DNA of 64,000 nucleotides from an uncultured Actinomycetes bacterium (GTDB lineage Bacteria; Actinomycetota; Acidimicrobiia; IMCC26256; PALSA-610), in the NCBI GenBank assembly GCA_963701825.1, contig CAVPBG010000002.1, forward strand, positions 731,669 through 795,668, in the 5' to 3' direction. A program made the translations under genes and the position numbers. Within the stretch, counting starts at the first letter, position 1, and every line of letters starts with the position of its first letter. The notes beneath the pieces were generated by a model. That model saw nothing but the letters and a program-made list of their open reading frames with translations, was not told the origin of the DNA and searched no databases. Positions 9,913-19,155 of this stretch are shown piece by piece.

Positions 9913-10773
9913 ATGCAACCGGCACCCGCCCGGGCCCTCTGGCAATGCATCGAGCCGTATCACGCGGTCACGTACTTCACCGAGGAGGCACGCACCGCGT
10001 TCGAGGACGTGGGACTGCGCGGGTTCTGGCGGGGATACTTCGCGGGCCGGGCGGCGCCGATGGGCAAGGTCGGCACCGGCGCGGTGGTCGCGACGTTCTA
10101 CGGCTTCCACCCCGACTTCGTCGCGCGGGCGATCCCTTCGGTCTGGGACATCGTCGAACCCGCCGACGCGATCGCGGCGCGCCAACTCGGAGCCGAACGC
10201 GCGCTGCGCCGGATCTTCGACGTGGAGGTCGCGGGAATCGTGCGCGCGGCCCGGCTCGTGTTGCAGGCGACCGACGGTTGCGACCCGTTCGCACGTCCGC
10301 TGTTCGCCGCGAATCACGACCTCGAATGGCCGACCGAGCCGCACGTCGCGCTCTGGCACGGCTGCACGTTGTTACGTGAGCATCGCGGCGACGGTCACAT
10401 CGCGTCGTTGTACGCGGCCGATGTCGATCCGTGCGAAGCGCACGTGTTGCGCCTCGCGGTCACCGAAGTCGACCGCTCGACCATCGCCCCGTTCCGCGGT
10501 TGGGACGACGAAGACTGGGCCGCGGCGACCGGGCGCTTGATCGATCGGGGCTGGCTCGACGACGACGGGCGCGCCACTGCGGTCGGGGTCGACGCGCACA
10601 CCGCGATCGAAGTCGACACCGATCGCATGGCCGAGGGGCCGACGCGCGCGCTGGGCGAAGACGCACTCGCCGAGCTCATCGGCATCATGCGCCCGTACGC
10701 GGCGGTGCTCGCGTCGACGGGAACGATTCCGTTCCCGAACCCGATCGGCGTACCGCCCGCGCCGGCCCACTGA
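9913..10773 (+). CDS. SCO6745-like (SalK-like) conserved actinobacterial protein
   Basis: The ATG at 9913 gives MQPAPARALWQCIEPYHAVTYFTEEAR..GLRGFWRGYFAGRAAPMG. I recall this N-terminal pattern from the SCO6745 family. The assignment is from memory only. Confidence 0.7.
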   Translation: MQPAPARALWQCIEPYHAVTYFTEEARTAFEDVGLRGFWRGYFAGRAAPMGKVGTGAVVATFYGFHPDFVARAIPSVWDIVEPADAIAARQLGAERALRRIFDVEVAGIVRAARLVLQATDGCDPFARPLFAANHDLEWPTEPHVALWHGCTLLREHRGDGHIASLYAADVDPCEAHVLRLAVTEVDRSTIAPFRGWDDEDWAAATGRLIDRGWLDDDGRATAVGVDAHTAIEVDTDRMAEGPTRALGEDALAELIGIMRPYAAVLASTGTIPFPNPIGVPPAPAH

Positions 10774-10969
10774 GGTCATCGTTGCTGGCGCAAGCATGCG
10801 CAATATTTGCGTGAACGTTGACTTCAGCCGCGTCGTGTTTTCACCGTTACTGGCGTATGCTCCGCCCACCGGTCCGGCGATGCCCGACCCGGTGTCTGGC
10901 GACCCTCCTGTTACCGGGGCTGGTGGGAGCACGACCGCTGCACCACCGCTTCCTGAGAACTGAGACGCC

Positions 10970-11914
10970 ATGACAACGTTGCTGGATCCGCCTGGCCCTT
11001 CTCCCCGCGCGCCGGAAACGCCCCCGAGCCGCGCCAGTGTTCGCGCCGGCCGTCTGGTGACCGGTCTCCTCATGATCAGCCCGCCGATCGCGCTCGCGAT
11101 CGCGGTGCCGCTCCTGTGGGGGCACGCCGTCACGCTGCTCGACCTCATCCTGGCCGCCGCGTTCTACGTCGTGACCGGCCTCGGCATCGCGGTCGGCTAT
11201 CACCGCCTCTTCACGCACCGGAGCTTCAAGTCGGTGCGCTGGCTCAAGATCCTGCTCGCCTCGACGGGCTCGATGGCCGTCGAGGGTTCGGTCGTCGGTT
11301 GGGTCGCGATCCACCGCCGCCATCACGTCTTCAGCGACAAGCCCGGCGATCCGCACTCGCCGCACGAATACGGTCCCGGTCCCGGCGCGCAGTTCCGCGG
11401 CTTCATCCACGCGCACGTCGGCTGGTTGTTCAAGGTCGACCCCACTTCGGCCGAGCGGTACGCGCCTGATCTGCTCGCCGACGAAGACACGATGATCATC
11501 AGCCGGCTCTTCCCGATCTTCGCGATCGCGTCGCTCGCGGCGCCGTTCTTCTTGGGCTGGACGATCACCGGCGCGCTCAGCGGTGCACTCACCGCCTTCT
11601 TGTGGGCGGGCCTGGCGCGCATGATGCTGCTGCACCACGTCACGTGGAGCGTCAACTCGATCTGCCACATGTTCGGCAGCCAGCCCGCGACGCAGAAGGA
11701 CGAGAGCACCAACTTCGCGCCGCTCGGCATCATCTCCTTCGGCGAGGCGTGGCACAACTTCCACCACGCGTTCCCGCGCTCGGCGCGTCACGGCGCACTC
11801 CCGCATCAGGTCGACCCGGCCGCCGCGGTCATCCGCCTCTTCGAGCGGGCCGGATGGGCCACCGACGTGCGTTGGCCGACCGAAGCACAACTCGCAGTCT
11901 GCAGTTCGGGGTAG
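10970..11914 (+). CDS. acyl-CoA (stearoyl-CoA-type) fatty acid desaturase
   Basis: Three His boxes are present (HRLFTHRSF, HRRHHVFSD, HNFHHAF), along with TM segments. The 314-aa ORF is intact. Confidence 0.9.
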   Translation: MTTLLDPPGPSPRAPETPPSRASVRAGRLVTGLLMISPPIALAIAVPLLWGHAVTLLDLILAAAFYVVTGLGIAVGYHRLFTHRSFKSVRWLKILLASTGSMAVEGSVVGWVAIHRRHHVFSDKPGDPHSPHEYGPGPGAQFRGFIHAHVGWLFKVDPTSAERYAPDLLADEDTMIISRLFPIFAIASLAAPFFLGWTITGALSGALTAFLWAGLARMMLLHHVTWSVNSICHMFGSQPATQKDESTNFAPLGIISFGEAWHNFHHAFPRSARHGALPHQVDPAAAVIRLFERAGWATDVRWPTEAQLAVCSSG

Positions 11915-11918
11915 AGCT

Positions 11919-12596
11919 GTGTGCTTTTCCCCCGACGCCGACGCGGTCGTCGGGGGAATCGTGGTTGTCATCGGCGCGGACGCGCTCCGCCACGTGCGGG
12001 AACCGAAACAGATCCTCCTGGCGTCGCTGCCGCTGTTGTTCGGGCTGCACCAGCTCGACGAGGCGTTCGTGTGGTGGGGTCTGCAGGGCCGCGTGTCGGA
12101 GTCGCTCGAACGGATCGGCATCTGGGTCTACCTCCTCTTCGCGTTGGCCGCGTTACCGATGCTCGTGCCCCTCGCGGTCTTCGCGATCGAACGTTCACCC
12201 GGGCGTAAGCGTCTGATCGGCGCGCTGGCGATGCTGGGGATCGCGGTCGGCGTGTCGCTCGGTGTCGCGTTGTTCCGCGGGTCGGTGAACGCGGCGATCG
12301 CGAGTCATCACATCGCGTACGACGTGAGCGCGTTGAGCCAGGGCCGCGATCTCACGGGGTTGTACGTCGTCGCCGCGTGCGGCGCGCTCGTCGCGTGCAG
12401 CTACCGCGACATCTCGATGCTCGGGTTGTTGAACCTCGTCGCGGTACCGATCCTCATGTGGTTGACCGTCAGCGGGTTCATCTCGTTGTGGTGCTTCTGG
12501 GCCGCGATCGTGAGTGTCGTGATCGACTTCCACCTGCGCCGCGCGGCCCGCGCCACGGATAGGTCACGCGCTCGTGTCGTAACGCACGTAACGTGA
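11919..12596 (+). CDS. polytopic membrane protein (DUF6629-like)
   Basis: 225-aa ORF with about 6 hydrophobic helices, starting 5 nt after the desaturase stop. The family name is from memory and carries low certainty. Confidence 0.7.
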   Translation: MCFSPDADAVVGGIVVVIGADALRHVREPKQILLASLPLLFGLHQLDEAFVWWGLQGRVSESLERIGIWVYLLFALAALPMLVPLAVFAIERSPGRKRLIGALAMLGIAVGVSLGVALFRGSVNAAIASHHIAYDVSALSQGRDLTGLYVVAACGALVACSYRDISMLGLLNLVAVPILMWLTVSGFISLWCFWAAIVSVVIDFHLRRAARATDRSRARVVTHVT

Positions 12597-12600
12597 TCGG

Positions 12601-13821
12601 GTGCGGGTTCTCCTGGTCGGCGCGGGTGGAGTCGGAGCGGCGCTGGCGAAGGCCGCGGCGGAATCCGACGTTCTGGAGCGGGTCGTCGTCACCGATCTCG
12701 ATCTCACGCGCGCGCAAGCCGCGGTCGAGCGCTGCTCCGATGCGAGATTCGTCGCGTACGCGCTCGACGCGTCGGATGCCGGTGCCATCTCGGAACTCGC
12801 GCGCCAGGAGCGGGCCGATGTCGTCGTCAACGCGTGTGATCCGCGGCTGAACCCTGCGATATTCGCAGCCGCGTTCGACGCGGGTTGCAACTACCTCGAC
12901 ATGGCGATGACGCTGTCCGAGCCGCACCCCGAACGGCCCTACGAGATCCCGGGTGTGCTCCTCGGGGCCGAGCAATTCGCCGCCGACGCACGCTGGCAGG
13001 AGCGGGGACTCCTCGCGTTGGTGGGCATGGGCGTGGAGCCCGGCCTCTCCGACGTGTTCGCCCGGTACGCGGCCGATCACCTGTTCTCCGAGGTCGACCA
13101 GGTCGGCGTGCGTGACGGCAGCGACCTCGTCATCGAGGGCTTCGACTTCGCGCCGACGTTCTCGGTGTGGACGACCATCGAGGAGTGCCTCAACCCGCCC
13201 CTCGTGTGGGAGCAGGACCGGGGGGTGTTCACCACTGCGCCGTTCTCCGAGCCCGAGACCTTCGTGTTCCCGGCCGGGATCGGACCCCTCGAATGCGTCA
13301 ACGTCGAGCACGAAGAGGTGCTGCTGATCCCGCGCCACGTCGCGTGCCGGCGCGTCACGTTCAAGTACGGGCTCGGCGACGAGTTCATCGAGGTGTTGCG
13401 CGTGTTGGCCAAGACCGGGCTCGCGTCGACGGCACCGGTGCGGGTACGCGGGGTCGACGTGTCGCCCCGCGACCTCGTCGCCGCGGTGCTCCCCGATCCC
13501 GCGTCGCTCGGCGATCGTATGCACGGGCGTACGTGCGCGGGTACGTGGGTGACGGGCACGGGCGTCGACGGCACGGCGCGCGAGGTGTACCTGTACCACG
13601 TGTCCGACAACGCCGAGACGATGGCGCGCCACGATGCGCAGGCCGTCGTGTGGCAAACCGCGATCAACCCGGTGGTCGCGCTCGAGCTGATGGCCACAGG
13701 AGTGTGGAGCGGCGCCGGAGTGCACGGCCCCGAAGCCTTCGACGCGGTCCCGTTCCTCGACCGCCTCCGCGCCCGCGGCGAGGAGTGGCACCTCGACGAC
13801 CGCCAGTCGTCGTCCGCGTAG
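12601..13821 (+). CDS. saccharopine dehydrogenase family NAD(P)-binding protein
   Basis: MRVLLVGAGGVGAALA Rossmann start. The length (406 aa) and C-terminal domain match Sacchrp_dh proteins. The ORF is intact. Confidence 0.85.
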   Translation: MRVLLVGAGGVGAALAKAAAESDVLERVVVTDLDLTRAQAAVERCSDARFVAYALDASDAGAISELARQERADVVVNACDPRLNPAIFAAAFDAGCNYLDMAMTLSEPHPERPYEIPGVLLGAEQFAADARWQERGLLALVGMGVEPGLSDVFARYAADHLFSEVDQVGVRDGSDLVIEGFDFAPTFSVWTTIEECLNPPLVWEQDRGVFTTAPFSEPETFVFPAGIGPLECVNVEHEEVLLIPRHVACRRVTFKYGLGDEFIEVLRVLAKTGLASTAPVRVRGVDVSPRDLVAAVLPDPASLGDRMHGRTCAGTWVTGTGVDGTAREVYLYHVSDNAETMARHDAQAVVWQTAINPVVALELMATGVWSGAGVHGPEAFDAVPFLDRLRARGEEWHLDDRQSSSA

Positions 13822-13830
13822 GGTTTCGTC

Positions 13831-14319
13831 ATGGACTGGCATCTCGCGCAGATCAACATCGCCCGGCTGCGGGCGCCGATCGACGACCCGCTCGTAGCCG
13901 AGTTCGTCGCCGGCCTCGAACCCGTGAATCGGCTCGCCGACGAGAGCGCCGGTTTCGTGTGGCGCCTCCAGACCGAGGACGGGAACGCCACCGCGGTGCG
14001 CCCGTATGCCGACGAATTGATCATTGTGAACATGTCGGTGTGGGACTCGCTCGAGCACCTTGCCGACTTCGTGTACCGCAGCGCGCACACGGAATTCTTG
14101 CGGGGCAAGCGGGCCTGGTTCGAGCGGATGGCCGACGCGCATGCCGCGTTGTGGTGGATCGCCGCCGGTACAGAACCATCCGTCGAGGAAGGCGCGGCCC
14201 GGCTCGAAATGTTGCGCTCGAGAGGACCGTCGACCGACGCGTTCACGTTCGGCCACCCGTTCGCAGCGCCCGGCACCGTCGAGGTCGACGTCGACGATCG
14301 CAACACCTGCCCGGCCTGA
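13831..14319 (+). CDS. DUF3291 domain-containing protein
   Basis: HLAQINIARLRAPIDDPLVAEF...SAGFVWRL is the characteristic DUF3291 N-terminus. Confidence 0.8.
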   Translation: MDWHLAQINIARLRAPIDDPLVAEFVAGLEPVNRLADESAGFVWRLQTEDGNATAVRPYADELIIVNMSVWDSLEHLADFVYRSAHTEFLRGKRAWFERMADAHAALWWIAAGTEPSVEEGAARLEMLRSRGPSTDAFTFGHPFAAPGTVEVDVDDRNTCPA

Positions 14320-14372
14320 TCCACACCCCGAAATCCAGTCACGCCAGTTCGTTCGACTGTATGGTCTATGTG

Positions 14373-14400
14373 TAAGGCTGGGCTTATAAGGCTAGACTTA
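14373..14400. promoter_or_regulatory. tandem 14-bp pseudo-palindromic boxes (candidate MarR operator)
   Basis: TAAGGCTGGGCTTA (14373-14386) is directly followed by TAAGGCTAGACTTA (14387-14400). Each has TAAG...CTTA inverted ends. The junction forms the palindrome CTTATAAG (14383-14390). The boxes sit 4 nt upstream of the marR-like ATG, in the only AT-rich stretch locally. Confidence 0.35.
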
Positions 14401-14404
14401 CTAT

Positions 14405-14854
14405 ATGCAGGACGACCCGGAAGCGAACCCGGATATTCGTGAAGTCGCGGCGGCGCTGCGGGTGAGCATCGGGCTCTTCGTCCGCCGGCTGCGCCAGACC
14501 GGACCCGACGGCGAGCTCACCTTCCCGGAAACGTCGGCGCTCGCCCGCCTCGACCGGTGCGGGCCGACCACGGCGACCGCGCTGGCCAAGCTCGAACAGA
14601 TCAGCCCGCAGTCGATGGGCGCCACCCTCGCCGCGATCGAAGCGCGCGGGCTCGTCGAGCGCATCCCCGACCCGGCCGACGGTCGGCGCGTCGTCGTATC
14701 GGTGACCGAATCCGGATTGGAGGTGCTGCGCAGCCGTCGCAACGCGCGCACCGATCTCCTGGCCGACGCGCTCTCGAGCGGCTTCAGCAAAGCCGAGCTC
14801 AAACGACTCCTGGCCGCGGCACCGTTGATCGAGCGCCTGGCCCAATCCATCTGA
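14405..14854 (+). CDS. MarR family transcriptional regulator
   Basis: 149 aa. A winged-helix core (TSALARLDRCGPTTATALAKLEQISPQSMGATLAAIEARGLVERIPDPADGRRVVV) is present. The stop overlaps the MFS start (ATGA at 14852-14856). Confidence 0.9.
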   Translation: MQDDPEANPDIREVAAALRVSIGLFVRRLRQTGPDGELTFPETSALARLDRCGPTTATALAKLEQISPQSMGATLAAIEARGLVERIPDPADGRRVVVSVTESGLEVLRSRRNARTDLLADALSSGFSKAELKRLLAAAPLIERLAQSI

Positions 14855-16126
14855 TGGCGATCGAGGAACACGACAGCACCGCAATTGCCGACGTCGGCGC
14901 ACCGGGCTTCGTCCGGCGGACCTTCATGTCGTTGCACTCGCGCAACTTCCGGTTGTTCTTCATCGGCCAGACCGTTTCCAACACCGGCAACTGGCTCACG
15001 ATGGTCGCCCTCACCTTGCTCGTGCTGGAGCGCACCAAGAGCGGTGTCGCGGTCGGCTTGCTCTCGGCCTGCCAATTCGGCCCGATCCTGCTGGTGTCGG
15101 CGTGGGCGGGCGTGCTCGTCGATCGGTTCAAGAAGCGCAACCTGCTCTACGTGACGCAGATCCTCGAGATGGCGCAGTCGTTCGTGCTGGCCGCGCTCGC
15201 GTTCATGCACAACGCGCCGCTGCCCGCGTTCTTCATCACTGCCGCGGTCGGTGGCTGCCTCCTCGCGGTCGACAACCCGGTGCGGCGTTCGTTCGTCAAC
15301 GAGATGGTGCAGGCCGACGAAGTCCCGAACGCGGTCACGCTCTACAGCGCGATGGTGAACATCTCCCGTATCGCGGGGCCGCTCATCGCGGGCGCGCTCA
15401 TCTCGACCGTGGGCTACGGATGGTGCTTCACCGTCGACGCGATCTCGTATGTCACGGTCCTCGTCGCACTCGGCATGATGCGGACGGCCGAGCTCCGGCT
15501 GATACCGGTCACGCCCCGCGCGCCGGGCCAGATCCGGGCGGGCGTGAAATACATCCTCTCGGTCCCCGAGCTCTGGGTGACGTTCGTGATCCTGCTGCTC
15601 GTCGGGACGATCAGTTACAACTTCAGCGTCGTGTTCCCGCTGTTCGTCGTGCGGGGGCTGCACGGCGGTACGTCCGGCTTCACGATCGTGTACGCGGCCT
15701 TCAGCGTGGGCGGTCTCGTGGGCGCGCTCGCCGTCGCCCGGCGCTTGACGATCAGCATCCGCACGGTCGTGTCGGGCGCGGCGCTGCTCGGTGTGTCGAT
15801 GCTCGTGTTGTCGATCGTCCCGAACGTGTGGCTGGCCGTTGTGGTCGCGCTCGCAGTCGGCGCGGCGAGCGTGGCGTACATGACCGCCACGACGGCCATC
15901 GCGCAGATCCGGACCGATCAGCAGATGATCGGCCGCGTGCTCGCGATCCAGACGGTCTTGCTCATCGGTACGACACCGATCGGCGGCCCGATCCTCGGGC
16001 TCATCTCCGACGCGATCGGCGCCCGCCGCGCCGGTCGTGATCGGGGGTATCGGGGCGCTCGGCGCGGCCGCGTTCGGCCTGATCGCGGCTCGCCGCATCG
16101 AAGCGAAATCCCGGGCGCTGGCCTGA
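14854..16126 (+). pseudogene. MFS transporter (EntS/MFS_3-like); apparent frameshift near 3' end
   Basis: About 12 TM helices are seen from MAIEEHD. After ..GLISDAIGAR the frame turns Arg-rich. Shifting +1 near 16027 restores a final TM helix, APVVIGGIGALGAAAFGLIAARRIEAKSRALA*, with a stop at 16124-16126. Confidence 0.85.
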
Positions 16127-16153
16127 GCGCGGAGGCGCGGCCAGAATGCCGGC

Positions 16154-16642
16154 GTGCCGGGTGACACCTGTGAGCTGTGCGAGCACGCCGTGCAGCGAGA
16201 AGCGGGCAACGATCCGTTCGCGATCGCGCGCCTCTCGACCGGCTACGTCGCGTTGGCCGCGACGCAGCACTTCCGCGGCTACACGTTCTTCATCGCCAAG
16301 CCGTGCGTGCCCGAGATCTTCGAGCTTCCGCCCGACGAACGCGCCACGCACCTGCACGAGATGACGGAGGTCGCGCACGCGTTGTATCGCGCCTTCAGTC
16401 CACGGAAGATGAACTACGAAGCGCTGGGGAACAGCGTGCCGCACCTGCACTGGCATCTCGCGCCGCGCTACGACACCGATCCGCACGGGCGCGGACCGAT
16501 CTGGGAAGACCCCGAATTCATGCGCATCTTCATGCAAGGCGGATTGCCACCCGACGAACACAGCGACGAGTCGCGCCGCGCGATCTTGCGTGAGCTCCGC
16601 GCCGCCGACGTGACGATCGAGCGGGAGTACCTCGACGCCTGA
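16154..16642 (+). CDS. HIT (histidine triad) family protein
   Basis: The histidine triad HLHWHLAPR is present. 162 aa, intact. Confidence 0.85.
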   Translation: MPGDTCELCEHAVQREAGNDPFAIARLSTGYVALAATQHFRGYTFFIAKPCVPEIFELPPDERATHLHEMTEVAHALYRAFSPRKMNYEALGNSVPHLHWHLAPRYDTDPHGRGPIWEDPEFMRIFMQGGLPPDEHSDESRRAILRELRAADVTIEREYLDA

Positions 16643-16719
16643 TCCGGCCGTCAGGCCCGGTCCGTACGGTTTCCCCGCAGGACCGACAAGCCATATGTGA
16701 CACGCGTCGCCCGCTCTCA

Positions 16720-16750
16720 ATCGAGTCTCGATGCCTGCCGTTAACAGGCA
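16720..16750. promoter_or_regulatory. two abutting palindromes upstream of secreted-protein gene (candidate operator)
   Basis: ATCGAGtCTCGAT (16720-16732) is a perfect 6+1+6 palindrome. TGCCTGccgttaaCAGGCA (16732-16750) has 6-bp arms. They lie 20-50 nt upstream of the GTG at 16771 and the GAGGGGGA RBS. Confidence 0.25.
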
Positions 16751-16770
16751 AACGCGATCGAGGGGGACCG

Positions 16771-19155
16771 GTGTTGCGCAGTCGAGTTTGGTTGGCGCGA
16801 GTCGCGGTCGGGGTTCTGGTCACGGTCGCGCCGCTCGCGGTCGCCCAGACGAGCGGTGCGACCGGTGAACCGCCCGACGCCCCCGCCGGATCCGCGAACA
16901 CGTTTCAGCTCAATGCGCTGCACGACGGCTACTCGGCGGATCAGCTGTCGCTTCCGCTCGGGAAGCTGTGGTCCGTCGACCTCGGTGCGCAGGTCGGCTA
17001 CCCGCTGATCGTCAACGGCCGCGTCTTCGTCACGACGTCGACCCCCGGCGGTTCGTACGGCACGGAGCTGTGGGCGCTCGACGCCGCCGACGGATCCGTC
17101 GATTGGGGACCCATCGCGCTGGGCGGAACGTATGACTTCGCCGGCATCGCGGCCGACGACGCCAATGTCTATGCGGTCACGTTCGACGGTTTCCTGCGCG
17201 CCATCGATCAGACGACCGGCAGCCTCTCATGGTCGGAGAATCTTCCCGGCCAATCGTCGTTCACATCGCCGCCAACGGTACGGGGCGGAACTCTGTACGT
17301 AGGCGGCGCCGGCGTCGGGGGCACGCTGTACGCAGTCGACACCGCCGGCGGCGCGATCGACTGGACTGGTTCCGTAGAGAACGGTGATCACAGCTCCCCG
17401 GTGGTGACTGACGATGGCGTCTACGTGTCGTATGCGTGCGACGTGTCCTACAAGTTCGATCCCACGACCGGCGCAAACCTCTGGACGCACACGACAGGCT
17501 GCGAGGGCGGCGGCGGCAGCACCTCCGTGCTCCACGGCAGCAGCCTCTACGTCCGCGGCGAAGCAACCTCACCCGTGATCCTGGCGACGGACACCGGCGC
17601 GCAGACGGGAGCCTTCACCTCGAGTACCGCGCCTGCATTCTCGGCCGACCGCATGTTCACCATGTCGGCCGGCGATCTGCGCTCGATCGACGTTGATACC
17701 AGTCAAGTGAAGTGGACGCAGGCCGGCGACGGCCATCTCGTTACCGCGCCGCTCGTCATCGGGAACGACGTCGCCGTTGGCTCCGCGACCGGTGAGGTCT
17801 ATCTCTACGACGCGACGACCGGCACGGTGCTCTGGTCGGACAACGCCGGAAGCCCGATCCTCGCGCCCGACGAGCACAATGCGGTGACCGTGACGGCCAT
17901 GGCCGAATCCAACGGCATGTTGGTCGTGCCCGCGACGAACACACTGGTTGCGTATACCGCGAACAGCGTCTCGATTTCGGCGTCGACCGGCGCGTTCGGA
18001 AATCAGCGCGTCGGTACGTACGGTGCCACCAAGATCTTCACGGTTGCGAACCACGGCACGAGCGGCGTGTTCCTGAAGAACATCGCGATCGCAGGCGCGA
18101 ACCCCATCGACTACTTCGGTGCGACGGACTGTTTCCCGGTGAGCCGACCGCGGTTCCTGGCCGCGGGTGCGTCCTGCCGTGTCGCGCTCGCCTTCGCGCC
18201 GATCAAGCTCGGCGCGCTCGGGGCCAGCCTGGTGGTGACGTCGACCGCCGGCGGTCCACCCGACACCGTTGCCCTCTCCGGAACGGGCACCGAGGGGTAC
18301 TTCCTCGCGGGCCGAAATGGCGAGGTCGGAACATTCGGTGACGCGGTCTTCCACGGCGACGCGACCAAGTTCCGGCTCGCGGCGCCGATCATCTCGCTGG
18401 CCACGACTCCGAACGGTGCCGGCTACTGGTTGTTGGCCCGCGACGGCGGCATCTTCAGCTTCGGGAACGCGCAGTTCTACGGCTCGACGGGCGGCCTGCG
18501 GCTGAACAAGCCGATCGTGGCGATGGCGCCTACCCCGGACGGCAAGGGTTACTGGCTCGTCGGTTCCGACGGCGGCATCTTCAGCTTCGGCGACGCGCGC
18601 TTCTACGGCTCGGCCGGCGCCATCCATCTCAAGCGGCCGATCGTCGGCGCGGCGTCGACACCCGACGGCAAGGGCTACTGGCTGATCGCCGACGATGGCG
18701 GCGTGTTCGCCTACGGCGACGCGGTGTTCTACGGATCGACCGGGTCGACGCACACGACGGCGCCCATCGGCCGGATCGTCGCGACGCCGTCGACGCACGG
18801 TTACTGGCTGCTCGCGACCGACGGCCATGTGTATCCGTTCGGCGACGCGCATTCCTACGGTTCGCCGCCCGCGGGTTCGCACATCGTCGGCCTGGCCTCG
18901 ACCCCCGACGGGCACGGCTACTGGGAGGTGTCGAGCACCGGCGTCATCTTCGCCTACGGCGATGCGCACTCGTACGGGAGCTTGCCGAAGGGCATCACCG
19001 ACGTGATCGGCATCGCGGCAACCGCGCCATCACTCCCGCCCGGACTGATCAGCGCGGTTCGCGCCGCGGCGCGGAGCCGGGTTCCCGGATCGTTGTCGTC
19101 GTTGCCGCCCGTGCTTTCAGATGCGCGCCCACGCCTCGGTGAGGACCGTCCGTAG
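16771..19155 (+). CDS. secreted multidomain protein: PQQ-like (BamB-type) beta-propeller + choice-of-anchor-D/ASH-like Ig domain + 6 x ~42-aa GYWL-DGG-F-FGDA repeat propeller
   Basis: Signal peptide MLRSRVWLARVAVGVLVTVAPLAVAQTS. Repeated ..LYA.D..TG...W motifs occur in the N-terminal half. FGNQRVGT..TVANHGTSGV..AGASC resembles choice-of-anchor D. Six repeats start at 18295, 18421, 18547, 18673, 18799 and 18916. The 3' end overlaps the convergent aminotransferase gene by 39 nt. Confidence 0.85.
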   Translation: MLRSRVWLARVAVGVLVTVAPLAVAQTSGATGEPPDAPAGSANTFQLNALHDGYSADQLSLPLGKLWSVDLGAQVGYPLIVNGRVFVTTSTPGGSYGTELWALDAADGSVDWGPIALGGTYDFAGIAADDANVYAVTFDGFLRAIDQTTGSLSWSENLPGQSSFTSPPTVRGGTLYVGGAGVGGTLYAVDTAGGAIDWTGSVENGDHSSPVVTDDGVYVSYACDVSYKFDPTTGANLWTHTTGCEGGGGSTSVLHGSSLYVRGEATSPVILATDTGAQTGAFTSSTAPAFSADRMFTMSAGDLRSIDVDTSQVKWTQAGDGHLVTAPLVIGNDVAVGSATGEVYLYDATTGTVLWSDNAGSPILAPDEHNAVTVTAMAESNGMLVVPATNTLVAYTANSVSISASTGAFGNQRVGTYGATKIFTVANHGTSGVFLKNIAIAGANPIDYFGATDCFPVSRPRFLAAGASCRVALAFAPIKLGALGASLVVTSTAGGPPDTVALSGTGTEGYFLAGRNGEVGTFGDAVFHGDATKFRLAAPIISLATTPNGAGYWLLARDGGIFSFGNAQFYGSTGGLRLNKPIVAMAPTPDGKGYWLVGSDGGIFSFGDARFYGSAGAIHLKRPIVGAASTPDGKGYWLIADDGGVFAYGDAVFYGSTGSTHTTAPIGRIVATPSTHGYWLLATDGHVYPFGDAHSYGSPPAGSHIVGLASTPDGHGYWEVSSTGVIFAYGDAHSYGSLPKGITDVIGIAATAPSLPPGLISAVRAAARSRVPGSLSSLPPVLSDARPRLGEDRP

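Noticed and set aside
12478-16209. 592-aa (12478..14256) and 602-aa (14401..16209) minus-strand ORFs
   Set aside because: They run antisense to the saccharopine dehydrogenase, DUF3291, MarR and MFS genes. The sequence is low-complexity and Arg/Glu/Asp/His-rich, so these are shadow ORFs.
17569-18969. 466-aa minus-strand ORF inside the secreted propeller gene
   Set aside because: It runs antisense to a strongly periodic, signal-peptide-bearing gene. Its Arg/Asp/Gly-rich sequence mirrors the repeats.
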